Positions 51,413 through 64,000 of a stretch of DNA of 64,000 nt are shown here, piece after piece. The position numbers and the translations under genes are program-made. The stretch is taken from assembly GCF_006345805.1 (NCBI RefSeq), contig NW_021835472.1:5495-69494 (forward strand). The letters are read 5' to 3'. The notes beneath the pieces are model-generated. The model worked only from the letters and a program-made list of their open reading frames with translations. It did no database searches and was not told the origin of the DNA. This stretch comes from Octopus sinensis. Taxonomy: Eukaryota. Every line of letters begins with the position of its first letter. The first letter of the stretch is position 1.

Positions 51413-52456
51413 TATACATATATTTATACATAAATATATATAAGCATATACGTATATACATATATATATATACACACACAAATAAAAAAACACGCTCACA
51501 ATCAGGTGCAAAAACATATACATAAATATCAACTGCATCCATTTGGATAATATCGCATATTATTAGATTTGAGTTGAAGAATTGAAGAAAATTCAGATTT
51601 GTTTCTAGAAAATAAATGTAAAAATAAAGAAAAAAAAGCATTAATAGGAACTGCGAAAAAATATAAAGAAAAACAATTGAAAAAGATGACAATTAAATTA
51701 ATAACTGAACGTAAATAAATAATTTAAATATAAATAAATGAATCAAAATATGCAAATGAATAAATTAAGTTGTATTGAATTTTCAAAAAAAAAATTTTGT
51801 TTCAATTAATTATCGTAACAATTAATTCGGTTAATGGTGCGCTAATTAAAATATCTTGTATTAATGGTTTGATATTGATGCTATTACAACGGCAGATAGT
51901 TGACGAAATAAAATAAAATAAAATAAAATAAAAGTAAATTAAAATAAATTAAAAATTAAAAAAAACAAAAACATACTAATACAGCGACGAAATAAAATAA
52001 TTTAAGATAACATTATTACGAATTAAAGAGGATACACAAATAACAAATATATATATAAACATACACACACACACACATTTATATATATTTATATAGATAG
52101 ATGTACATATATACATATACAAGGATGCATATACACACACATGTATATGTGCATATATATATATAAATATATATAAATGTGTGTGTGTGTGTGTGTACGT
52201 TTATATATATTTACTGAAGGCCAATATTTTAGGACGTCGCTACTCAGAGTTCCTTCTCGCTGAAAGTGTTGCTTATGGTGATAACAAAAACATGCTACCT
52301 TAATTTCCCTAAATGAGAAACTACTGTGTCTCTACTGAGCGTATCACCAAATCCGAAATAGCATATATACTCTAGCACATGTATCGAGTACAATTTCACC
52401 CATTTTCTCCCAATCCCACCATTGATATACATATATATATATATATATTAGAAGAA

Positions 52457-52665
52457 ATGAGGAATGAGGAAGCTGATGAGGACATGATGAATAAAAAGAA
52501 GATGAAGCATGAAACACCCCAAAAAATAACACAATAAAATTATATGAAAGACAAAGAACACACGCTCACATATACTAGCAAAACGCACATACGCACATGC
52601 AGACACACGTGTGTATGTATGTGTGTTCTGATCTCAAGTAATACCTGTACATCATCTCCAAACCT

Positions 52666-52735
<70 letters not shown>

Positions 52736-53375
52736 ATATATATATATATGAAGGTACGCTTTTTCTATACGTGTATTTATATATGTGCATGTGTCACTGT
52801 TATTCTAAACTTATATACAACACCAAAGTAGACCTATCCACTGACTCCAAGTGAAGATTTCTCAATCTGAAAACTGAGACTTCCCGCCTGTGTTTCATGG
52901 CAGAATTTTTATAGTTTATTTACGTGTTTTTTTTTTCCTTCATGAAACACATATTTATAGGTTCACTTTAGATCGTATTCTGAAGAATAATTTTCATAGA
53001 TTTCCATATTTATTTTTATATTTGTTTTCTCTTCTTTGTGTTTATCTTTCTTTTAATTAATTTCCAAACAATTTAGTAAATTAATAATTTAATAAATGAA
53101 TAAAGAGATGAAAATAGCAGGACGTAGCCCCGAGGCAATCTGATATCACCCGTCTCAGGTTCCAGTCTCCTACACCTTACTTGAGATCAGAACACACACA
53201 CACACATACACACGTGTGTCTGCGTGTGCGTATGTGCGTTTTGCTAGTATACGTGAGCGTGTGTTCTTTGTCTTTCATATAATTTTATTGTGTTTTTTTA
53301 TTTTTTTTTTTCCGTTTCATGCTTCATCTTCTTTTTATTCATCATCGTGTCCTCGTCAGCTTCCTCATTCCTCAT
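52457..53375. repeat. Inverted duplication, arms 52457-52640 and 53178-53375
   Basis: About 190-bp arms with roughly 90% identity by eye, including unique text such as tacttgagatcagaac and ctttgtctttcatataattttattgtg. Confidence 0.92.
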
Positions 53376-53493
53376 CCCTCATCTTTCGTTGCCGAATTTT
53401 CTTTTTTCATTATCATCAACTTTATCATTTTCTCAACTCATTCTTTACTGCTTACTGGCAAGTGCTTTACAACAACAATTACTACTACTACTG

Positions 53494-53566
<73 letters not shown>

Positions 53567-53687
53567 ATTCTTAGCCGAGATGGCAAAATCGGTAGAACGT
53601 TGGAAGAAATACATTGCGGTATTCTTTCCGCTATCCGACGATTCCTTATATCCTGAAAGACATCTTTGTCTTTTATTCAATTATATA

Positions 53688-53740
<53 letters not shown>

Positions 53741-53769
53741 ACAAATATGTTACATTACTCGATGGTCAA

Positions 53770-53816
53770 GAGTTTCAGATGCCGATGTGGGAATCAACGA
53801 CATCTCTTCGGTTATC
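53770..53816 (-). ncRNA. Hammerhead remnant (inactive), homolog of 22370-22430
   Basis: gataa ccgaaga gatgtcg...cggcatc t gaaa ctc; the U4 position is C and the stem III/stem I 3' strand is deleted. Confidence 0.6.
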
Positions 53817-54049
53817 TGGCTATTTGAAAACGCTATGAAAAAATACCGTTATACAAAGGGAAATTCCTGTGTTATAACTCTGCTTGCCTGCGTACTTATA
53901 CATCGCTTGCATTTTTCGCCATAAAAATTATATAAAAATACATAAAAAATATATAAGAAATATATAAAAATATATAAAATGTATGATAGAAGGTGTGATG
54001 AGGTAAAAAAAAACCTTCTTGGGACATAACATAGAAAGCATGTTCTATC

Positions 54050-54958
54050 TGGTTTTTTAGGGGACCAAAAACGTAACAGAAATTTAGTCACATGTGGGCA
54101 TGATCCGAAAAGTTCTGTCCTTGTGTTTAGACATGTAGTAGGGTCTAAGCTGCTTTTCCAGATAAGCCATCTCTCCATGTCGCATAGACCGCACCTTCCG
54201 CTGCCGTTGGTATAGGGCTTACATCTGGCCAAAATCTTCTAATGTATGTTATAATCGACACCTTTATCTCTTAAAGACCAAATATGATTAGATAATTGTG
54301 TCGCTTTTCTTTTGTTTCAGTGCCTAAAGCTCAAAGTATGGTTATTGAACCTGGCCTTGAAGTTACCCTCTGTAAGGCCCACGTATTTCTTCGTCAAAAC
54401 GGTGTCTTTAGTGGTTATAGAGTCTACGGTAGCTTCATATATGATGGTCTTGGACATGCAAGCTCCATTTAGCGGGCACAATTCTTTATTTCTGCATGAA
54501 CAGCTGTTTTCTTGTTGTGTTTTTTGTATGTTATGTTTGATTATGTTTTTAAAATTGGTAGTGGAACTAAAACTAATTTTTAAATTGTGTCTATTGAAGA
54601 GTTTCCTATAAGTATGGTTAACTGGAAAATGTATATCTCTCAGTGCTAGGAAATATTTACCTATATTGAAGGCCACCTCGGGTGAGTAAGGGAGCGTAAA
54701 CCAGATGACCTTCCTATTTCTATTATTCCTTTTCCTTACTGTTGGGCTAGTAATAGGTGTATATTTTATTTTTTCTCTAAAACCACTATCTTTTAAAGCC
54801 TTATTATAAACTGGGGCAACGCTATTGAAGATGTTCTTATGAGAGGAGAGGCTAGAAATCCTCTTACTAATATTTTTAACTAAATTTTTGAATACTATAG
54901 GGGGATGGCAAGAACCTACATTAATATAACTTAGTCTATCATTGGGCTTCCTATAAGG
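54050..54958 (-). pseudogene. Penelope-like ORF C-terminal half (GIY-YIG endonuclease), two in-frame stops
   Basis: Single frame from 54958: PYRKPNDRLSYINVGSCHPP...VIWFTLPYS.EVAFNIGKYF...CSCRNKELCPLNGAC...IYEATV...YVGLTEGNFKARFNNH..SFRH*NKRKATQLSNHIWSL...H*KILARCKPY...CGLCDMER...LNTRTEL..SCPH. Confidence 0.92.
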
Positions 54959-55315
54959 CTTATAAATATTCTTATAGGAAGCCCAATGAGTAAGGACCAG
55001 GCCTTAGAAACATACAGGGGTCTATTCATTCGACCAAATTTCAAGGTGGTGCTCCATCTAATGATTGAAACAAAGTATGAAACAATAACCATTTACTGTG
55101 AATTTGCTACTTTCCACTGTTATTGGAGCTTGTATTCTTACCTCAATAATTTTATGCAACTCAACCACAATAAGCAGAACAACAATTGGTTAAAATATTT
55201 CTTGACCTTCCCCTGACGATCCATTCTCTTGCAAGAAAATACTGCAACATATTTCTCTTCACCTCTACATTGATTCTACTGCTCACCGACTGCAAAACAA
55301 TACATAATGATGAAA

Positions 55316-55486
55316 TAGGAGTGGCTGTGTGGTAACTAGCTTGCTTACGATCCACATGGTTCCAGGTTAAGTCCCACGGCGTGGCACCTTAGGCAAGTGT
55401 CTTCTACTATAGCCTCGGGCTGACCGAAGCCTTGTGAGTTGATTTGGTAGACGGACACTGAAAGTAGCCCGTTATATATATGTATG

Positions 55487-55531
<45 letters not shown>

Positions 55532-55866
55532 ATATACATATATATATATTGATATATATATTTATATTGATATATATATATCTATATATATATATATATA
55601 TAATATATATATATTATGTATATATACATATATTGTATATATATGTGTGTGTGTGTGTATGTTTGTGTGTCTGTGTTTGTCCCCCCAGCATCGCTTGACA
55701 ATATATGCTGGTGTGCTTACTTCCCCGTAAGCTAGCGGTTCGGCAAAAGCAACCGATAGAATAAGTGCTAGGCTTACAAAGAATAAGTCCTGGGGTCTAT
55801 TTGCTCGAGTAAAAAAGCGGTGCTCCAGCATGGTCACAGTCAAACGACTGAAACAAGTAAAAGAAT
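55316..55866 (+). mobile_element. SINE family A with expanded internal (TA)n
   Basis: Both modules present. Confidence 0.9.
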
Positions 55867-57574
55867 ATAAGTTTATGTCAAACAAGTACTACTATTGTAA
55901 CCGACTACTATTATCCACAAAAATACGTGAGTCTGTGTTTATGTTAGAAATCAGTTACTTAGTTTTCGCTGATGGATGATTTTTAACGCTATGCCAATAT
56001 ATTCTTAATTAACAGTGGCCATGTTTCTTTATGAAACCTGCCGCAATGAAGATGTTTTCTAAAAAAAAAATTGAAATTACCCGGGATCTGGTAACGGGAT
56101 ACTACTTTTGAAATCTCCTACAAAAGTGTCATGATAATCGTTATGAGGATATCAAGAAAGTGACCAGGAAAGTCGTTCGTTGACCTATTGGTGCCGCAAA
56201 CAAAAATTTAATTTTCCCGTCAAAATATGTGAAGGAATACGATTTATATTTAAATTAAAAGGCTTGGAAATTTTTCGATTACTATGGCGTAGTATTAATT
56301 ACAGCTTATTGTATGTTGTGTTAAAAATCAAACCAGGGTTTGACGAATAGAAGCGATCCTGGCTTCTCGTGTTCAATCAGCAACAGTGGTACCAAGCTGT
56401 TTCCGTTCAATTCGGTGGAATTTCTCTTGGAGAAGAATCGCTGGAATAGAGAAGCAAGGACTTACAGGGGTTGGAATATGCTAACATTTCGCAAAAAGGG
56501 GCTTTTATGAACTTACACATACATATGTTGAAATTTGGTTAACCTTAACCGGCGAAGGGACCTATCCATGGTCAAGGGGTTACACAGGTATTGCTGAGTT
56601 ATAAAGTAGTTCGCTTCACAGCCATGCGGTCATGGGAATCAATCCCACAGCCTGACATCTTACCAACTGTCATTTACCATAGCCTCACATCGTCCAAAAC
56701 CTTATGAAGCAAAGAATATAGGTGGAAATTGTGTAGAATCCTGTCGGACAAACTGCAGCTACAATGGAAAGAACCAGCTTTATCATATTTGAGTCTTGCC
56801 GATTTTAGCAGAAAATTATGTTAAGGTACACCTATCTGCGGAATATTCACTCAGCTTGTACTCTTTGGGGGTTAGGAGTGTTAGATATGGTACGATTTAA
56901 TTAATGTAAAGTCTGATTATTATAAAATAAAAAAAAACATGTCCTTACTGCACAATAGCAAGTATTTGAAGAAAGATCGTTCTGAAAGAATCATAGATAA
57001 ATGTCGGATAAAAATATAGTGGCATTAGGTAGGGCTGATGCTCACAAGTTGTGGATCTTTCCCCAGGGGTGGGGGATGAAAAAATGTCATCTGTTCAAAG
57101 GAGAATTTGACAAAGGAAATAATGAATAACGAATAATAATATTAATAACAAATACTACTACTAATATGACCATAATAATAGGAGAATAAATGAGAAAGAG
57201 AGAAGAAAAGATGAAAGACAGAATAAGGAATGAAAACTGAAAAGGGAAAATAGTAGGAAGACGAAGGAAAGAAATGATAAAGAAGAAAATTAACGAAAAA
57301 AAAAAGAATTATTTAAAGGTGTAGAAAATTAATTGGGAGCTGACCTAATTAAAACAATATTGTCAAAACAGAAAAAGAAGAAAACAATAAAAATGAAAAC
57401 AAAAAAGTGCAGTAAACAATAAGCGAGAACCAGTATCTCTAATTACACTTTGTATGATAAAATAAACAAAGCGGGAAATTGCTAAAATAGGAGATGAAAC
57501 GACGGATGGTGTGGAGAGAAATCGGCAGCTATCATTTTTGCTACAACAAAAAGCGAAAACATAATAATAATAGC

Positions 57575-57608
<34 letters not shown>

Positions 57609-58162
57609 TAAAATATAATAATAATAATAACAATAATAATAATAATGATAATAATTGCGCTTAAGGGATCTTATCGAAGAAGGAATTAAGTCAAAAAGAA
57701 AGAAGAATTAGGGAAAAGAAATCTTTAGTGAATGGTTCGTGTTAGAAAAAGAAATAGCAGTGAATATCCAAAACAGGAGATTTGTACAAAAACAAAATGG
57801 CCTAAAAATAAATGAATAAATAAATAACTCAACAACAAAAACAACAACTGCACTAGCAGTGATAACCAATCAAAATACTCATAAAAAAGTTTCGGTTAAT
57901 TGTTCAGGGACATGGGTTTTAGAGAAAGAGAAATATAATTGTGAAAACACGATGGTTAGAAACCTCTGTTGAGATTGTGGATGTAATTATAACATAACAA
58001 ATGTATTGCTTTATAATGAAGTCAGAAATGATTTGTATAAGCGGGTATGAATCCATACATTTGTGCGTCTGCGCATGCGTGTGTGTGTTTGCATGTGTGT
58101 TGATATAAGTTCATGTGTGTATATCAGAGTTTAGACACGATAATAATGTACAAGCCACAAGG

Positions 58163-59285
58163 CAACGAGCTGGCAGAAACGTTAGCACGGCGGAAGGCGG
58201 CGAGCTGGCAGAAACGTTACGTTCTGAGTTCAAATTCCGCCGAGGTCGACTTTACCCTTCTTCCTTGCGGGGTCGATTATCTAAGTACCAATTTAAGTAA
58301 TCAACTTATTCCATTTGTCCCCTGTATGTTTAGCCCCTTGTGTGTATTAAAAAAAAAAAAAGGAAGATTAGCTCGCCTGGCGAAATGCATAGCATTCTGA
58401 GTTTAAATTACCCCGAAGTCTACTTTGCCTTTCATCCTTTCGGGATCGGTAAATTAAGTACCAGTTGTATACTGGAGTCGATCAAATCGACTGGGCCCTC
58501 CCCCAAAATTTTGGGCCTTGTGCCTTGAGTAGAAAAAAATAAACATACAAGCCACACATAAAATCTAATGCATGAAGCAAATGTTCAAAAGCTTTCGAAC
58601 AAATGAATATACAGTTCTGTCAGCTATTGGTACGAGGTATAAAATTTGGGGGCAGGGGCCAGTCGATTATATCGACTCCAGTTCTCGATTGGTACTTATT
58701 TTATCGATATCGAAATGCTGGAAGTTAAAGTTGATCCACGCGGAATTTGAACTCATACCGTGATGGTTCTCGATTGGTGCTTATTTAACCAATCCATGAA
58801 TGCAGAATTCAAACTCAGAACGTAAACACAAAAAAAAAAACAAAAAACCGCTAAGCATTTTGTCCCACGTGCCAACCTTTTCTTTTCCTTTCTACTATAG
58901 GCACAAGACCTGCAATTTGGTGGAGTGGGATAATCGATTACATCGACCCCAGTGATTTACTGGCACTTAGTTTATCGACCCCGAAAGGATGAAAGGCAAA
59001 GTCGACCTCTGCGGAATTTGAACTCATAACGTTGCGACAGGCGAAATACAGCTAAGCGTTTTCTTCCAACGTCCTAAATATTCGTTTCTTCTCTAGGCAC
59101 AAGGCCTGACATTTTTGGGGAGAGGGGGTCAGTCGATTAGATCGGCCCCAGTATGCTACTGGTATCTAATTTATCAAACCCGAAAGGATAAAAGCAAATT
59201 CGACCTCGTCGGAATATGAACAGACGAAATACTGCTAAGCATTTCTTCCAGCGTGCTAACGATTCTGCCAGTTCGCCGCCTAGGT
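58163..59285. mobile_element. Cluster of SINE family B units (plus strand 58163-58535, minus strand 58615-59285)
   Basis: At least six B-box units with B1/B2 tails. Confidence 0.82.
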
Positions 59286-59369
59286 TGAACTTATACCCCC
59301 TCCCCCCCCCAAAAGACTTGTAAAACACAAAATTCATCGCACCTGACCATAGAGCTGCCAGAATCATTA

Positions 59370-59529
59370 GTAGGAGTGGCTGCATGGTAAGTAACGCGTT
59401 TCCCAACCACATGGATCCGGATTCAGTTCCACACCGTGGTACCTTGGGCAAGTGTCTTCTACTATAGCCTCGGGCCAACAAAAGCCTTGTGAGTAGATTT
59501 GGTAGACGGAAACTGAAAGAAGCCCGTCG
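59370..59529 (+). mobile_element. SINE family A, 5' module
   Basis: Matches 49748-49910. Confidence 0.88.
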
Positions 59530-59562
<33 letters not shown>

Positions 59563-59565
59563 ATA

Positions 59566-59790
59566 TTGGTTTGGTGCATAATTATTGCAGGTTTTTTCAA
59601 CAAATTTTATTCAACAAAAACAATAAAAATATTTAACAAAAACATCTTAAAAGAACCGTCCGATCGTCTACTAAGTAAATGGAAAGCAGTAATTGAAGTA
59701 GATTGTGAACATGCTCCGGAATAATCATTTAAAGATTTTTTGCTACATGTTGTTATTATCTTTTAAAGATGTTTTTGCTACATGTTATTA
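59566..59790. mobile_element. Rearranged mariner 3' remnant
   Basis: TA|ttggtttggtgcataattattgc TIR-like end plus C-terminal-like DRLLSKWKAVIEVDCEH. Confidence 0.55.
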
Positions 59791-59796
59791 TTTTTG

Positions 59797-60098
59797 GGAA
59801 TAATGTTTGTTTCTCAAGCCCTCTTTCATGGGGTCGAAAAGATGATAGTCCAGTGACGAGGAAGTGAAAACTGTAGTGAAGAAGTGGCTCAAAGAAAAAT
59901 CAACAGAATTTTATGGGGCAGGGATACATGCTCTCATTCGAAGGTGGAACATTGCTATTGAGAGAAACGGTGACTATGTTGAGGAGTAGGGATGTGATCC
60001 ACAGAGAAACAGCTTCATTTTGATGTATGATACATGTTCCTCTGTTGGTAATTATACCTGTCCTAAACAAAATGGCATTACTTTTTGACTCTCCCTCG
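59797..60098 (+). mobile_element. Mariner 3' end (second family)
   Basis: SDEEVKTVVKKWLKEKSTEFYGAGIHALIRRWNIAIERNGDYVEE*, terminal ...gcattactttttgactctccctcg|TA; the preceding DYHLFDPMKEGLRNKHYS block is inverted. Confidence 0.85.
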
Positions 60099-60957
60099 TA
60101 TATATAGCCACCTGTTTGGGGAAACAGACGAATTTTATTTTCCAATAAACGTCCATGCGCACACGCGCACGTGTGTTTTTGTGTGAGTGCGCGAACGTGT
60201 GTGCATTCTTCTTGATTTGGGCGAAAAGTAACCTAATGAAAAATGCTTCTCACAGGAATATATATATATATACAAACATATATATTCATTTATATTTTAA
60301 TATATTTCCCGCACACATAGTCACGGACATACAAATACATGCACACACACACATACACATTTACGCACTCATATGCATACATATGTATAAGTATACTTTA
60401 CTAAATATGTTCACTCTACCAATTGCTCCCCACCTCACATACACCCAAACGACTTCTGGAAAATTTGTACGCCGTTGTTGAGCTTCAGATCATCTCAGAT
60501 AAAAACGAACCATGAATAAAGCTAATGCGGATATGGAGATTAAAAGTCATATAATTACAAATGGATTTTCTGTACCTTTCGACGATGACTATTCAATATG
60601 CAATTAGTTTTGCGAAATAACCTCTAAAAGACAAAATATTCTTTTAAGAGACTTGTACAGCCTAACGCAGTTACAAGGCAGCTGAATGAGTGCGACAGAA
60701 TGTGTGACACAGTTGAGCGTTGAAGTTACAGTTAGAGGTCAATGCACAACACTCTACTATCTAACAGAGGCAACACTAAAAGACGCCTGCCAGAAATGCT
60801 ACGCTGTGGGTGGAATGAACCTGGAATATCCTATTTCGAAATATGTTCCGTCCCACTGCGTGACAACTCGGGCAACTGTGTTCGACTATGAACCCAGATT
60901 AACCAATGAAACATGAGCGCGTTCGGTTAGACGTGAAATCTGTATAAGGCCGTCGTG

Positions 60958-60995
<38 letters not shown>

Positions 60996-61006
60996 TATAT
61001 AAGTAT

Positions 61007-61042
<36 letters not shown>

Positions 61043-61049
61043 TCACACC

Positions 61050-61083
<34 letters not shown>

Positions 61084-61211
61084 GACATACGGAAAGGTAT
61101 GTCATTTTCCGTCTGTTGTCTTTCTATTTAATCCTGAAAATATAAATATATATATATATATATATATATTTACGACGGCTTACATACACGCAAACACACA
61201 CACACACACAT

Positions 61212-61243
<32 letters not shown>

Positions 61244-61269
61244 CATACACATATATATGGGGTGGCATG

Positions 61270-61870
61270 TGTGGGTGGGTGTCTTCGTGTTTGTCCTTAC
61301 ACTATTGACTGCCATCCAGTGTTAGTTTGTTTACATCCTGTTACCTAGCCGTCCGGCCAAAGAGATCGATGTAATTCAGTACCGGTAATATAAAAGGAAC
61401 CAATAAGTACTGGAGACGATTTTATGGAATTAAACACTTCAAGTCTGTGCTCCAGCATGGCTACAGTCCAATGACTGAAACAAATACAAGATTAAAGATT
61501 AAAGATTTAGCTTGCTTACCAACCACATGGTTCCGGGTTTAGTCTCAATGCGTGGCACTTCTACTATATCCTCGGGCCGACGAAAGCCTTATGAGTGGAT
61601 TTGGTAGACGGAAACTGAAAGAAGCCCGTCGTATATATGCATATGTATATGTGTGTGTGTCTGTGTGTGTCTTTGTGTGTCTGTGTTTGTCCCCTCCGAT
61701 GCTGGTGTGTTTACGTCCCCGTAACTTAGCGGTTCGGCAAAAGACACCGATAGAATAAGTACTAAACTTACGAAGAATAAGTCCTGGGGTCGATTTGCTC
61801 GACTAAAAAGCGGTGCTCCAGCATGGCTGCAGCGAAATGACTGAAACAGATAAAAGAGTAAAGAGTAAAA
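61270..61870 (+). mobile_element. SINE family A: 3' module (61270-61500) followed by a near-full copy (61508-61870)
   Basis: Matches 49748-50170. Confidence 0.85.
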
Positions 61871-61886
61871 GGGAGAAAAGGGAGAG

Positions 61887-61927
<41 letters not shown>

Positions 61928-62330
61928 GAGGAAAGAGGTTGTGAAAAGATGGATCGTAGATGGAAAAGAGGTGAGCAAGCGTTAAACATTTTTTTTTTTT
62001 ATATTCTAAGACTGAAAATGCCAAATATGTCCACGCCAGGATTTGAACTCAGGTAAGAGAAATCAGATGTAAGAACAAACAGACGTTGGATTTTTCATTG
62101 GAAGAAAGAAAGAAGAGAGAAACAGATGAAAAGATTTAAACAAAAGTGATTGAAAATCAGAGGGTTAGAAAACATATCGATACAGTGTAACGATGTATTT
62201 TACGGAATCTTGCATTTAGCCACAAGGGACTTCCGATTTGTCTCACGTTATAAACTGCTAAACTAATGCGTCTATCTATCTATCTATCTATCTATCAGCA
62301 TACACATTTATTTATATACTCATACATATT

Positions 62331-62402
<72 letters not shown>

Positions 62403-62567
62403 TGTGTGTGTGTGTATATACATATATATTCAAGATTAATCAGCCGAAATTGCGAAGATGATCTGGTTCTTGACTGATGACTGAGAGCTTCGAAAGTCCC
62501 GTCTGTGTGTTTTTTTTGTCGTCTTCAAAATGTTCACGTTCTTGTCCCAGTTTGTGTTTTTTTTAAC

Positions 62568-62635
<68 letters not shown>

Positions 62636-62690
62636 TGTATATATATTACATATATGTATGTATGTATTAATGTATATACATATAATATAT

Positions 62691-62735
<45 letters not shown>

Positions 62736-63199
62736 TGATCTATAAATACATATATGTGTGTGTGTATATGTATTACTATGCATATGTATACTTATATATT
62801 TATATATAACTGGAATTATATATATGTGTGTATGTGTGTGCGTCTGTGTTATAAAATAACACATATATTTTAATTACTAATGAAACGTATAAAAAATGTA
62901 TTATATACAGAATCAATTTTACCAATTATATTTCGAGAAGAATGCAAAAAAGTGAAGGGAATAAATGGAACAAATATAAAATATAGACTGATTGACCAAT
63001 TCTTGGAGAAAGAGATACACTGCCTTCTCTTGTGAGTTTATAATTTGTATTTTCGGTTTTATTTTTTGTTTTTGTTTTTGGTATATTCGTCTCTATTTCT
63101 GTGAAAAGTAATATAATGAAGTAGATTCCACTTAGGAATATATTATTTTATTACTTTCATTTCACACGCACTAATGGACATGTTCTTACACACACATGA

Positions 63200-63345
63200 A
63201 CAGATATACACACTTATACCCCCCCACACACACACACACATGGATATACATATACGTATACACAGGTATACATATGTATATATGTATACGCATATATGTA
63301 TGTTTATATATATATATGTGTGTGTGTAAGTGTGTGTGTGTAAGC

Positions 63346-63386
<41 letters not shown>

Positions 63387-63394
63387 TATATATA

Positions 63395-63425
<31 letters not shown>

Positions 63426-63449
63426 CATATATATGTTATGTATATATGT

Positions 63450-63500
<51 letters not shown>

Positions 63501-63960
63501 ATACACACTATATGTATGAGTGCGCGCACGAGTGTGTATGTGTGTGTGTATATATACGGTCTAAATATATATATATACCATATATATTATGTATCTATAT
63601 ATACTCTCATATGTGTATATATACATATATATATATATACATTTATATGTATCTATATGTATGTGTATATGCAATATATATATGTATATGTGATAGATAT
63701 ATGTATACCTATAGTATATATATAAGATATATATATATAATATATATATATATACATATATACATATATGTCGTTATACATATATATACATATATACATA
63801 TATATATACAATATATAATATATTCCCATCATTTATATATATCTATATATCTACTATATATATATTGCATATACATATACATATTTACTATATACATATA
63901 TATTTATCTATATATATATATATAGTATATATATAGCACGTATATATACACATACGCATA
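63200..63960. repeat. Degenerate (TA)n/(TG)n field
   Basis: Direct reading. Confidence 0.9.
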
Positions 63961-64000
63961 CACACACGTACACACTCACATACACAATATATCATAGTAA

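Larger units (their letters stand above)
53735..54989 (-). mobile_element. 5'-truncated Penelope-like element (RT thumb, Cys-rich linker, GIY-YIG, 3' pLTR remnant)
   Basis: See the ORF feature; 3' region carries a hammerhead remnant at 53770-53816 and the 5' end carries a 19-bp foldback. Confidence 0.9.

Noticed and set aside
55207-55289. Candidate 83-nt minus-strand exon (SVSSRINVEVKRNMLQYFLAREWIVRG)
   Set aside because: Weak donor (gtcaag), no recognisable domain and no partner exons identified.
62474-62500. CTGATGA...GAAAGTC hammerhead-like text
   Set aside because: Stem II is marginal and stem I is absent.

Overview
This is AT-rich eukaryotic DNA saturated with microsatellites and looks intergenic or deep-intronic. 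The repeat landscape (tRNA-headed SINEs, R4/Dong-like RLE LINEs, Penelope-like elements, mariner relics, very long (TA)n/(TAA)n/(CAT)n/(GATA)n tracts) is what I associate with Octopus genomes; that assignment is inference, not a database result. No intact host coding gene is recognisable, and almost every ORF in the supplied track is a microsatellite translation. Real coding remnants: a Penelope-like RT-thumb/GIY-YIG ORF (53.7-55.0 kb, minus), four R4/Dong-like fragments (largest 37.9-39.3 kb with YMDD, Zn-knuckle and RLE motifs), a gag-like LINE ORF1 with a CCHC knuckle and a 10 x 16-bp frame-preserving minisatellite (18.0-19.9 kb), and three mariner relics. Also present are a non-autonomous Helitron, a hAT MITE and at least four SINE families with modular tails. 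The most interesting signal is absent from the ORF track: four distinct type-I hammerhead-ribozyme motifs, each in two related copies. One sits in the tail of a tRNA-headed SINE-like element, one lies just downstream of the Penelope ORF, and two have an inverted partner copy truncated at the ribozyme core. There are also two inverted duplications (about 115 and 190 bp arms) of apparently non-TE sequence that would form dsRNA. All motifs and folds were read by eye; coordinates of degraded repeats are approximate.
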